From Bugula neritina (taxonomy: Eukaryota; Animalia; Bryozoa), in contig OZ037771.1 in the NCBI GenBank assembly GCA_964035545.1, positions 13,453,133 to 13,517,132 of the forward strand: a stretch of DNA of 64,000 nt. Direction: 5' to 3'. Under the pieces are notes generated by a model that was not told where the DNA came from, made no database searches, and worked only from the letters and a program-made list of their open reading frames with translations. Numbering within the stretch: position 1 is the first letter of the stretch; every line of letters begins with the position of its first letter. Below are positions 11,862 to 24,590 of this stretch, piece by piece. The translations under genes were made by a program, and so were the position numbers.

Positions 11862-14800
11862 CTAAGGGGTCAGATCGGGGTCAAACCAATCCAGGCTGAT
11901 TATATCTCGTAGAAAAGGGGGTGGATTTAGGGCGTTCAACCCCGAGGTTATATTGTGATGTCCACTCCTTATAAGTTGTTTTCGAATTGCCAAGGCCGAC
12001 AGTAGCTTTAGATTCTTCTTGCGATGTGATTGGACGAGCTTGAAAAATCGAGCATCCGTTTTCTCATCCAGTCGAAACTTGCGCTTAAGACGATCCACGT
12101 TGCTCTTGCTTAGATCCACTCCGACAGCAAAAGACATACTCAGCAGTCTAAAAAACAGAAGACATCAATGAGGAGACCTACTGAAAGATGCTTATAGAAG
12201 CAGGCGTTTACAGTAATCACTGGCTTCCTGTCAGATGGTAGTTGGAACCAATCAGAGACTGTGTTACTAAAAGCTGGTGGAAAATAACCGACCAGTGTAT
12301 TTACTTTACATTTCTCAGATGGTAAACAATACATCTTATACTTCCACGTAAAATATAAGCTGATTACAAGTAGGTTTGGCGTCGACTGGGCACAGTAAAT
12401 CATAAATCACTCATAATTAATGACCTGCGCGCCAGGCAGACAGCTCAGTGGGATTATTAGGTTTCCTTTAGCCATAGATTCTATGAAATATTACTAGAGA
12501 AAGAGGGTGGGTGAGAAAATGTCCGACCTGTAGATTTGTGAGATTGTGGATGGAGTGATCGTCTCGATACGGGACAGTAATTCTCTACTGACTAGTCTGT
12601 GTAACCTTCGAGATGGCTTCACATGCATTTCGTACATCTGCAATGAGTAATACGGTATAGAGTGAGCAATACGGTATAGAATGAGCAATACAGTATAGAA
12701 TGAGCAATACAGTATAGAATGAGTAATACGGTATAGAATGAGCAATACGGTATAGAATGAGTAATACGGTATAGAATGAGTAATACTGTATAGAGTGAGC
12801 AATACGGTATAGAATGAGTAATACGGTATAGAATGAGTAATACTGTATAGAGTGAGCAATACGGTATAGAATGAGTAATACGGTATAGAATGAGTAATAC
12901 TGTATAGAGTGAGCAATACGGTATAGAATGAGTAATACGGTATAGAATGAGTAATACAGTATTGAATAAGTAATACTGTATAGAGTGAGTAATACGGTAT
13001 TACACAGAACCCACCTTGAGACAGGCATCCTCGTCGGGGGCTGCCGGACTAGACTGAATTACTCGGTAAGCTATCTCGATGCTCTGCATGTGTGTAAGAT
13101 CAACATTCTCTACGGCAACTGTAGCCAGGTTGTGGCACACGTGACTGTACCTGCAGCAATACCAGTTGATAGCTAGAGTCAGCAATACCAGTTGATGGTT
13201 ATAGTCAGCAATACCAGTTTGTAGCTAGAGTCGGTAACAATATAAATATTATGCATCTATGTATAAAGAAAAGAGAGAGAGAATTTTATGCAATTATTAT
13301 ATAAAAAATAAATGTATTGAAAAACTGGTCTGGGACAATCGATTATTGAAGAAACATAACTCCAAAGTTGGCTGCAGTTGGCTCCACCAACAGTTAGCAA
13401 GTTGGTCTTCCATGTGTGAAGTTGTGAAAATTGAAATTAAGACAAGATACTCATCTCTCTAACTGGAAGTGTAAGTATTAGTGACGAGTGTAACTATAGA
13501 GTGTAGTGTAACTACAGAGTAAAGGCTCTAAGGCCTTGCTCAGAAGGCCGTGTATATTTTCTGCCCTGCCTCAAGCCCAATGCAGAAAACCTGGCACCGA
13601 ATCGCCCACAAAATTGTGACATATTCAACAGCCTCCAAAAACAACAACCAACTCAGAGAAGGAAAAACAGGAAGTCTTAAGCAGAGTATCCCGGGAAGAA
13701 TCCAAGTACCGTAGCTAATGAGATGGCCAGTTACTTGGTGTCAAATGGCAGACGGAGGAATGCCAAAGTAGCATATTAGTAGTTCACTTGCACAACAATA
13801 TCTGAGTGATTGAAGCTCATCTCTTGCCAACTAAAGGCAAGAAGTATATCAATCAGTTTTCACAAAACATACTGAGACACGAGAGATAATAGGGATGGCG
13901 CAATCAACCTACCTCCTTCCTCCAGACCTCTTAAAGCTGCCCAGGTTCACTGTAACGGTGAACTCTACCATCGCCCCGTAGTCTAGGAGCAGCTTCACGA
14001 TAGGCAGGTTGTGCTTCTCTATGGCCAACCTCAATGCACTCATACCTACAGCAGCGGTTAGAGATAGGAGTTAGCATGTTATATTCACCTACAGCTAACA
14101 GGTATTTCCTGGAGCACCAGTTGGAGATGTAAACCAGTGTGCTATGTTCACCTAACAGCAGTAGACAAGAAGGAAAACATCAAAGTAAAATCGGAAGAGT
14201 AAGTTTAAAGAAACTTACATGCATTGTGACGAAGGGGTTCGTTACACCCCGCACCCCCCTCTAGCAGGTGTCGCACTGTGTCTATGCTCTGTATGGCCAC
14301 TGCACACATCAAGGGGGTCCAACGCCTGTGGTCCACGCTGTTTTTATTTATCTAAATATTACACAAGACAGGTTTATGCGTCAATATGATTACCACATTC
14401 TATTTTAAGCATAATTAATAAATGGTTAGTGCCAATATTTTGCAGTGTAGATGTGGGCAAATGTCAATATATGCTAAAACAGCCTAAACTTTGTGCTGTT
14501 TACTAAAAACATTGCCTCATCATAACCATTACCCCTGGTTAGCCACAACAAAAATATTATTGTACTTTAGCCCGAATGGAATGACAGAGGAGATGAAATG
14601 AGGTGATAAAATACATAAACCAAAGTAAGATAAGACTATCTAAACTAAGATACAGTCTCTACTGGGGTTAATGGCTGATAGAGCAAGCACTGGATATCAG
14701 GGCAATAATGCTAAAAACAGATTCGACTGTTTGCTGCTGAACTATTTGCTGCTGCTAAGGACGTTGGCACCAACCTTCGTAGTCATGAGATATTTCACAA

Positions 14801-17800
14801 ACTCAGTGGCTCCAGTGGCGCTGGCTATGTGGAGTATAGTCTTGCCATCGGCATCGGACACATTAGTGCTCTCTGGTTTGTGTTCTATCAGTAGCTTCAG
14901 CAAATCCAACCTGCAAAGGATAGGAGAATTCTAAGAAAGGATAAAATCCACCACAGCTGCTGCTGCTGCTGCTGACATAATACTACAGGGGCAGCCTTTT
15001 TCCTATTAGATAATAACTTTGAATTTCCTCTGCTAAAAATAATCACCTATCGAATTACACATTTGGTCGTCAGCAGCTGCTATGCAACATAAAAATTGAA
15101 AAATGAATTTCTGTGACTAAAAATAAAACTGCCTTTGCTGCCGCTGCGCTTTGCTACCTCTGTACTTTGAGTGACTACGACAGGTGGTACCTGAATACTG
15201 TCAGCAAAAACTTTTACTGTTGGCAAGGATTTTATCCTTGGCAGCAATTTACATCAAGGACACTGCAAGGTTATTGTTATAACAATGCTGCCGAGGCAGC
15301 GAACTTGTAACAATGCAGTACTTTGCTGCCAAACTTTGCCAGATAGAACAAGGTCTACCTTGACTCAAGGTAAACCTAATTCTCTTAAGACAACTCAAGT
15401 TGGATTTTCATAAAATTTACTCGAGTCAACACCAAAAGGTGAAAGAGGAAACAACCAGTGGTTAGAATAAAAGGTACACCCATAGCAGTGGTTAACACCA
15501 GTGCCTTGACTATGCATGTATAAAAGGGCTATCAGCTGGCCAACTTCCAGATTAAAATTATTATCCTCCATTATGACAGTTCATAGATATTTATATATTA
15601 GTTATTCATCTTCTAGTTACACACCCACAAATATACTGCCTTTGCTACTACTAGTACTACTGCTATTAGTACTACTGCTGCTGCTACTACTACTGCTACT
15701 AGTACTACTTATACTACTATTAGTACTACTGCTACTAGTACTACTACTACTATTAGTACTACTACTACTACTACTACTACTGGAGTACTGGTACTACTGC
15801 TGCTACTACTACTACTACTACTACTACTACTGCTACTAGTACTACTACTAATATTATTACTGACAAAAGTAAACCTGGGAAGCCAACACCTTCACTCTAC
15901 TGCTTCTAGCAAATACAAAAATCACAATCGCATAAAAAACTTCAGGGAGCTGGTATGTTGTACAATACAAGGAAAACTTGTTGATGGTGTATTCGTGGAG
16001 GGAATGCAACACTAGCAGAAAGTTATTTGCGTGACTTGCAGATTCATCATACAAGCCGACCAAACTGCTGAGGAAACTCTGACACAGCATCCAATCCCAG
16101 AGTCAGCGCTTACCAAGTTAACCCAGCATATTATGTTTAGTCAATAGAATAAGGAAACACAACAATGTATAATAATTAGCCATAGGCAAAGCTGAGTGAA
16201 ATAAAACAATAGAAGTATTGGCTAAAATATTGTCACCCAAAGAACTAATTACTGGCCCCAAATATAGTAAAAATAAGCTTCCTTCAAATGGATAATAAAC
16301 TAGACCTACCTGGAAGACACAAGACCTACCTGGTAGACACTATACCTACCTGGTAGATACAAGACCTACCTAGTAGACACAAGACCTACCTGGTAGACAC
16401 AAGACCTACCTAGTAGACACTATACCTACCTGGTAGACACTAGACCTACCTGGTGGACACTATACCTACCTGGTGGACACTAGACCTACCTGGTGGACAC
16501 TATACCTACCTGGTAGACACAAGACCTACCTGGTAGACACAATACCTACCTGGTAGACACAAGACCTACCTGGTAGACACTATACCTACCTGGTAGACAC
16601 TATACCTACCTGGAAGACACTATACCTACCTGGAAGACACTAGACTTACCTGGTAGACACAATACCTACCTGGTAGACACAAGACCTACCACAGCACAGT
16701 GACCAACAAGTGGAAAGCATATAAAGAGATTAGAGCCACTCAAGTGTTACGAAAGATTAATGGTTAGTAAGTAGTTCACAACTAACAGCTCAAGTCTGTC
16801 AGACAATGCTGTGAGCAAGTAGACAGTATGTGGACCAGTAGAGAATATGTGGACCAGTAGAGAATAAGTGGACCAGTAGAGAATAAGTGGACCAGTAGAC
16901 AGTATGTGGACCAGTAGACAGTATGTGGACCAGTAGATAATAAGTGGACCAGTAGACAGTATGTGGACCAGTAGAGAATAAGTGGACCAGTAGAGAATAA
17001 GTGGACCAGTAGAGAGAGAGAGAATGTTATAATCCTTTGGTGGGTGACCACACTACACTATAGAGTATTACACAATATGTATCCTGTGTGGTTGGTTGAC
17101 TGGCTGTGTGGCTATGTGGTTGCTAGATAAGGGAAGTGGATAGAGAAACAGAAATTAACCCAGACAAAGAATCTTGCTGAAATTTTCATCCAACCAAAAT
17201 CAATAGTTTACTGACTAAAGAGCTAGCACTGGACAGAGTAAGAAGTGAGTTAGCTGAAGGTACAGCTATCTGGTACAACCTTCACAAAGCACCGCCCACA
17301 CACCTACCTCCGTCTCTTTACACTATTGTCAATTGGCGCGGCAAAAGCCATCGGCCAGTCAATAGATCTGTGCCAGGTGCTTGCAGGTGTTTCCTGTGCC
17401 TTATTGAGACAGGTAATATCTATTTTCTCTCCTCTACCGACACCTTAGCACAACAAATACTAGTTATTTACTGCGGAGCTTACCTTTGCCAAATGACGGC
17501 GGAATGTAGAGGTGATCTGCCCCATCTGTCTAAGCTCTGGAGGTCTGTGTCTGGCTGTTCCAGCAGCACCTTGATACACTCCCTGTGGTTCCCCTTCACT
17601 GCCAGGTGGAGAGGTGTAGAGCCCTGGGGAAACACGTAGTAGAATTTTAATGATGCCTGAGATAAGAATTGAGCCAAATTTTAGAGATTTGGCATTCTGC
17701 CAGAATTTCAATTGTTCCTTGAAAGGCTAATCGTTAGCCCATTAGCCGACAGCAAATAAAGATCGGCAGCTAACATCCTGTTTGGGGAAGCCGAATAAAA

Positions 17801-18178
17801 GTGATTGCAGAGCGAGCAGCTTGCTCTCAACTTCTCAACTTCGGGAGGTTTTTACATATTGGAATAAAAGTGTATGCAACATTGAGACAAGGGCACTTGC
17901 TAGAGAGTGTCAACTCCAAGACATGCATTTCTGGGCACATTGCTAAAGTTGTCAACTTGAATGGCACCACACAACAATAGCATGCCTCACAAATTTAGAA
18001 AAAAAAAACAACTTACTTGGGGGTTATATGCATTGACGGAACAGCCCTTGCTAATTAGAGATTGTAGTGTGTCAGCGTCCCCAACTTTGGCAGCATGAAG
18101 TAGACACTGTTCGTCTGACTCAACAGACAGCTCAGCTGTCTTATCATAATTCAGCCACCTATAGATCCATGCAATCAT
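11862..18178 (-). CDS. Ankyrin repeat and SOCS box-containing (ASB-like) protein
   Basis: Phase-compatible exons 18178-18017, 17623-17484, 14910-14775, 14351-14219, 14045-13913, 13150-13015, 12637-12528, 12147-11862. Ankyrin repeats: CLLHAAKVGD, GSTPLHLAVKGNH, GRSPLHSAV, GKTILHIAS, WTPLMCAV, MSALRLAIEKHNLPIVKLLLDYGA. C-terminal SOCS-box-like KNLKLLSALAIRKQL...LNALNPPPFLRDII. Confidence 0.9.
12641..13002. repeat. 19-bp minisatellite (agtaatacggtatagaatg) x~19 filling almost all of ASB intron 12638-13014
   Basis: Direct tandem copies running from next to the donor up to the acceptor. Confidence 0.95.
13154..13232 (-). repeat. Three copies of a 26-bp unit abutting the ASB acceptor at 13151
   Basis: cagcaataccagttgatagctagagt x3. 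Confidence 0.85.
15643..15860. repeat. (CTA/CTG)n microsatellite
   Basis: Seen directly. Confidence 0.95.
16300..16690 (-). repeat. 20-bp minisatellite x~19, each unit containing a donor-like CAG|GTAGGT on the ASB (minus) strand
   Basis: + strand unit (t/a)a(g/t)acctacctggtagacac; the terminal unit runs into unique sequence at ctgtg|gtaggt (16690). Confidence 0.9.
16817..17012. repeat. 19-bp minisatellite (gtggaccagtagagaataa) x~10
   Basis: Direct tandem copies. Confidence 0.95.
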
Positions 18179-19231
18179 CTTGTAACCTAAACCCTAAAAG
18201 TAAATAGTAATACAGTCAAGAACCTGCTGTCACATGTCAAGAACCTGCGATGATACTATAGAAACTTGTCAATGAACATGTAATTATTCATCCAGCCTTC
18301 GGTGAACTCCCTAACATAAATTTTCTTCTTTTCAGCAGCAGAAAGCATTCAATTTTTTCTTAGTGAAAACAGCAGATGGGGCAGTGTAGTAAAATACTAG
18401 TAAATCAAGGAGTGGAATGTAAGGGGTTCGTTTAAGGAAGGGGTTATTTACAAGAAGTAAAAACAACAGAAAATGTATTAATTTTCAACATATTTTCATA
18501 AACTCAATCAATATCATGCTACTAAAAGATTGCTAATATTTATACTTAGCTTGAAATGTTACATACAATGAAAGTTATCCCAAATATATTATTTTAATCA
18601 GTAATAACTATAAATATAAGAAAAATTGACCCCAATTACAATTCTAGCAAATTCGCAGATAAATTTCAACATAGAATAACAGTGTAAAATTAATATTAGT
18701 GTTTAAGAGCAATAACAACGCAAACTATCAACTACATATTCAGTATTGAAATAGTATAACTAAGACTCACAGTTCAAGTAGCACTGATATACTTCAGTTA
18801 CTCTGAGTTAAAGTGTCACAAGATTTATTACAGAATAATTAAGGAAGCTCAACCATCTCCCACTACTGTCTTCTATCAACATACCCTCATCTGATCACTG
18901 CTTGCATTTTATACCATCATGCAGGTGTGTAGTATATAGGGCCTTGTAACAAGATTAACCAATCAGAATTGAGTTACTAAACTACTTGAAACAAAGGGGG
19001 GGGGACAACACTCAATAAGTCAACTAGCATTTGTGGTTAGCACGAAGAGCCAATGAAATGCTTTCATTATGACACTCGATCAGCGCAAATGCTGAAAAAA
19101 TAACTTCTCATAAATTGATGAAAACAATTAATTGATTAATTTGCTTCAATGTGGTGAGAAACTAGTAATATATTTACATCAGGAACATCATTTAATATAA
19201 ACATATTGCTTAGAATAATGCTGTTACAGAT

Positions 19232-19262
<31 letters not shown>

Positions 19263-19836
19263 CCTCCACAAATTAAATAATGTACACATATTATATATAC
19301 AATATATATACCCAAATGTTATATAATGTAAATACACACATGTTATATAATATATATACACACATGTTATATAATATATATACACACATGTTATATAATA
19401 TATATACACACACATGTTATATAATGTATATACACACATGTTATATAATATATATACACACATGTTATATAATATATATACACACATGTTATATAATATA
19501 TACACACACATGTTATATAATGTATATACACACATGTTATATAATATATATACACACATGTTATATAATATATATACACACATGTTATATAATATATACA
19601 CACACATGTTATATAATATATATACACACATGTTATATAATATATATACACACATGTTATATAATGTATATACACACATGTTATATAATATATATATATA
19701 CACACATGTTATATAATAAATACAGATTCTATATAATATATAAATATTAAATAATATACATGTTATATAATACACACAAATTCTATATAATACATACAGA
19801 TTCTATATAATATATACACATATTATATAATATATA
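19232..19836. repeat. (GT)n followed by a ~24-bp minisatellite (acacacatgttatataatatatat) x>20
   Basis: Direct tandem copies. Confidence 0.95.
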
Positions 19837-20555
19837 CTAGTCACGTAAGATAAACTGGTAGCAGCATGGGAGACAACCTGGTGGTAACATAAATTTAGTA
19901 AACACGTCATCACATGGTGTCAGGCAGCTGAGATAATGGCATTGACATTTTTATTCCTGAACATATCTCGGTCGAGTCTAGTTTATTCCTTAAAACACTG
20001 CTTTAATACCATCTATAGAGGACCTGGCACGTGAATTAGACAACACAAAGCACGTTTCTAGACTCTAAATATACCAGAGAAGTTCAAACACCCTAGCATC
20101 CTCCATTGAGCAGAGAAAAACAAAATACATGAAAGGGCAAAAAAACTGCAGGCATAAGTTTAATATATTCGCAACTGCCAACTATAGCAACAGAATAACA
20201 AACACACAATGACAGGAGAAATTTATTTGTTATAAATTGAAGGGGGGAGAGGAGTTGGGGTGGATGGAGAGAGGGGTTGGGGTGGAAGGAGAGGGTTAGA
20301 GTAGGTACTTCAATTGTGACTTTTGATTTCAAGTTTACATGAAGACTGCGTTTGTCAGATCAAAGCTGAGCAGTACTACAGTTCTTGTATTACCATATCA
20401 CCATTGCAATGCAGTTCTCAAGACGTGGTATCTCTAATACTTAGCAGTATCAAGTGGTACCAGTGAATAGTTAGCTCAAGACCCTTAATGTTGAAACCAT
20501 AACTCATATAAAAGCTTAAAACGAAAAAAAGATTCAGTTTCATGACATGCAGTAG

Positions 20556-22733
20556 GAATGGCTACATTCTGCTGACTCATGCACGACAGCACATAAAAAT
20601 CGCAGCAGCAAATATCGCAGACGACCTCTAGAAAGGCTGCCACTCAATTATACTATTGAGAGACCTAAACTGACAGAGACAGTTGTCCAAGTTAGTTTTC
20701 TTTGAAATCTTTCCGGATTTAGTCTCACTCTATCCAGGTTTCCTGTTGAACAGCATTTGAGCAATAAAAACACATGCTGCAAATGGAAAAAGATCTTTTA
20801 CTACTCGTAACATAAAAATGTGATGGATTTTAAGGCTGTTTAATTAAATTTTGCAACTTTACAGGGAAAAATACTTTTCGACTAAATTGGTTAAGAACAA
20901 TTTCTTAGAAGCCTGAGTACCACTCATCTAAGTCCGGAGCTAAAAGTAGGCAACCAGCAATGCTATTTATCTCTATTTATCTCCTATTTTTTAGAATGGA
21001 TTTCGGCATTTTATGTCATACAATAAAAATAGCCGAATTTAGTCAAAATTGTAAAAATGCCGGTTATTTATGACTAACACATTGCTAATTAATCAAATAT
21101 TTCCGAATAGTAGCAAAAAGTAGAACAACTCGGCTGATTCAGAGTTAGGACAACGACCAATGAAATTTATTCATAGCTGAACTGTTTCCTTGCCTCTGCG
21201 TGCTGAGTTTGAATGGCTCGCTGCAGGTCTTGACTCACATAGGTATGACGTCACGAAATACGAATGCATTAGGCAGAAGCACATGCAAATGCTTAATTAG
21301 TGTGAGTGGTGAATCACTTTTCTATTAAAGTTTAAAACATTTAAAATATATCAATTTTACGTATAAATATGTATAAAAATACATCACTGTACAAAAATGT
21401 AAATGGCTTGGCACTAGCCTAGCAAATAAATTGAATAAAGTCTGTCTACGGGAGCTTTGGTTGAATTGGGGAAATCAAAGACAATAAAAATATGGAGCCA
21501 TCAGTTTTTAATGTCAACCTCAATTTCATTGGCTAAGACCAATCAATTGAAACTAATTTAAGAGAATACAATTTATAGTTTCCAACTACAAAGCAATCAA
21601 GTGGGATAGCTGAGAGTTTGGACTATTTCAGTCACAGAATTAGCATATAATGTAAGACTTGGTTAAATTAATGGGCTAGCTTTGAAAGTGCTTAGCAAGT
21701 TACGAATGCAAAATATACTCTCAAACATGATAGTTTCTAGGGAAACATAAAATGCCGTGACAAAATATTTAGCTGATAAATTTTGACAATCATTTGGAGT
21801 TGTCTCTTTTGAAAGGAGGGATCTAGCACATAGTAAAGCATGTCAGCTTAGAATGAGTCCTTTTGAACAATGGAGATGTGATAGTTATGATACTTTAAAA
21901 TGATAATAAATATTAGTTGGCTCTCTGACAAAAAAACAAATATCGACAGAGCAACGGGAGATGGTTATTGCTGACCTGGTAGTGACTTGTATAAATGTTA
22001 TGCACCAGACTCTGGGCAACTGGGGAGGGAGGGGGTTCAGAATAAAACTTGAAACACAGAAAGGAAAGACATTTCTATAATATAAACCAACACATATACT
22101 GTTATACTGTATATTCTGCATGTATCATGTATATGTTGAATGAATTCATATTGTTATAATGTGTATTTTCACTGTACTATATATTACATAGATAAATATA
22201 TTATTAAACTGTGTATAATCACTGTAATATACGTTAAAACAATTCATAGCAGCATACTGTATATATCCACTGTAATATACGTTAGATCAATTCATACCGG
22301 CAGGCATACTGTATATTCACTGTAGTATATGTTATATAAATAAATATTGTTATATTGTGTATATTCACTGTAGTATATGTTGTATAGATAAGTACTATTA
22401 TACATGATTATTTTGCAGGAGACTCAAGGACTGGCCTTCAATAGGGCATCGCAGTACATTCGGACAACAACAGCTGATTTACTGAAGCTGCATTCCAGAC
22501 CTGCGAGTCAAGCCTCGGCAACTGCGCTTTCCCCAGCGCTGTTGGTGAGGGAGCCCATCGCACCCACCCCTAACAAAGATGGTCCGGATACCAAGGCAAA
22601 AGATGACATTGAGACGACCTCAAGTAGCATAGACATAACTAACGAGGAGACAATGACAGCCAGAGCAGAGAAACTCATACATGACAGAGTGGCGTCAGCG
22701 CTGCCAGTCACAGTAAACATCCCGACATCATGA
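20556..22733 (+). CDS. Two putative 3' coding exons of an uncharacterised gene (start not located)
   Basis: 20556-20690 (tag|EWLHSADS...TETVVQ|gttagt, 45 codons) joins in phase 0 to 22419-22733 (ttttgcag|ETQGLAFNRASQYIR...VNIPTS*). The second exon is GC-elevated relative to its flanks. Confidence 0.5.
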
Positions 22734-24376
22734 TCATGCGGCCTGTGATGCCATGATCACATGACCTGTGATGTCATAGTGTAGAAAAATTCAACTATTA
22801 AACGTTTCATGAATGCAGTACTGGAGTTATATATCATCCAGGCAGATTCATCCAGACTCTAAAGTTTATTTTTACTATGATATATTTTTATACACGAAAA
22901 TATTTTTATCAAAAGCAAGTATACTAGTTTATTGATGAACTGCAAACTGTTTAAAATTTCATATTATTAAATGCATTTCCTTCTCACTCCAATGGGCATG
23001 TTTGAACTTTGATATTTAATTTTTATGACTTTCTAAAATAGTATCACTATGCATCAATGTTATAAGATACGTAGAAAGAAAATATTATTGTAGTGATATT
23101 TCTAAAGAGGATGTTAAAAAAAACCAATAGAAGACCTAACAGATGTGAAATGCCTAATTACTGCTGATTATGTATATTATAGTATAGCATAAACTTTACG
23201 TTCAAAAGTTTTTGGCTATTATGTGCTTGTGTTTTATTACAATATACTGTTTACACCTATTTATCAGAATACAAAACGTTATGTAATAAAGGGAGTTGGG
23301 AGTAGCTTTATTTTTAAACACTGAATATGCTAAAAATAGCAGGAATGACTCATCATTCAGCTAAAAAACACCAGCTGAACCAGGGGTATTGGAACGTCAA
23401 AACCACAACTTGTGAAAATTATGCAAATTTAGGTGGATAAATAATAGAAAAATGTCATTTACTTTTTAAAAAGCTATCAATTTTGGTTTGGGGTTTGAGT
23501 GAAAATTATCTAGATAGTATTTAAGCTTTTTTCAAATATTTTTCATTAAAAACACAGCCTTTCATCTACTCTTCATTCCTATACCTATATTATTATGCGA
23601 TATTAGTACAAATCCCAGTTCATTACAATAGCAGATATGCCGTATATTTTTATAGTATTATATAATTTTCCATTTAGAATTAAAAGAAGTGTGGAACTTA
23701 CCAAACTATACGCATACAGGTTGGTCAGGCAGTTTTCTTAGGCCAGGTAAAATTTAGTCATTGCAAGTCTAAAAAAGAGATCACAAGTTTGTATATCTTT
23801 TTTCAAATCAGTAAAATACAGGTGTGCTCAACTGTACCCTAACACAGACAGGTGGCATGAGGTGGAAACATCCTGAATGTAATGGGTATAAAAATAGCAT
23901 ATTTCTACCAGGCATTATTCTGCATGCACTGCCAACAAATGTCATTATGGTGGTCGATGACCTAGAATAAAGGTTGGTGGCAGAGTGTCAATAACTGACA
24001 ACATGCCGGTGTTCAGGGTCACAAGTCTATGAGGTGAAGGTTGGACAGGTTTCCACATCCTGGTTCGCAATAACTGATGTTCAGTTTTTAATGTTCAGGT
24101 GGAGTTATATAAAATAGTTGAACTTTTGGGTTATGTAAGATTCGTTGCTATGGCAGATGTTAGGACAGATGGTTATCCAGAGGGTTTGAACGTAGCTACA
24201 TTGTCAACTGACTTGTTAGGATGTACAATGAATTGAAATTTATAAACCATTTAAAAGTCAAGCTTACATAATAGCAATTCGACTTGGTGAGAAATTTAAC
24301 ATAACTGCCAAAGTTTAGCATACAACAACAAAACAATTATAATCTCATTTGGATATTCAGATCATCAAAACATATT

Positions 24377-24590
24377 AAAAACCTCACACAAGTTTATAGT
24401 TATCATCTCTGTGAGAATCCCTGGTGGAAAGGGTTTTTAAAGTAGGCTAAGAATTTATTCATATGCGACACAGGAGTAATTATGACTGGATGCTCTTCCT
24501 AACATCACTAATGGCCTTTACTGAGGTTCGAACCCATGACTTTGTGTTTACTAGGCCAAACACTCTAATCCCTAGACCACGGCTACTCCC
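24377..24590 (-). mobile_element. tRNA-derived SINE
   Basis: Reverse-complement homolog of 58638-58852; B box GGTTCGAACC at ~24526-24535, A-box-like TGGTCTAGGG near the 5' end. Confidence 0.8.

Noticed and set aside
12494-13028. 140- and 147-aa ORFs
   Set aside because: Translations of the 19-bp minisatellite; only 12637-12528 is a real exon.
15516-15839. Poly-Leu/Tyr ORF, and similar ORFs at 54091-54369, 55367-55705 and 57700-58187
   Set aside because: Micro- or minisatellite translations.
15857-16115. Moderately complex island with a 77-aa ORF in ASB intron 2
   Set aside because: No recognisable motif or compatible splice sites; left unassigned.
16300-17012. Regular 19-20-bp repeats resembling a CRISPR array
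   Set aside because: Units are head-to-tail with no unique spacers, there are no cas genes, and the context is a eukaryotic intron.
19224-19775. Four overlapping Tyr/Ile/Cys/His-rich ORFs
   Set aside because: Artefacts of a stop-free 24-bp repeat.
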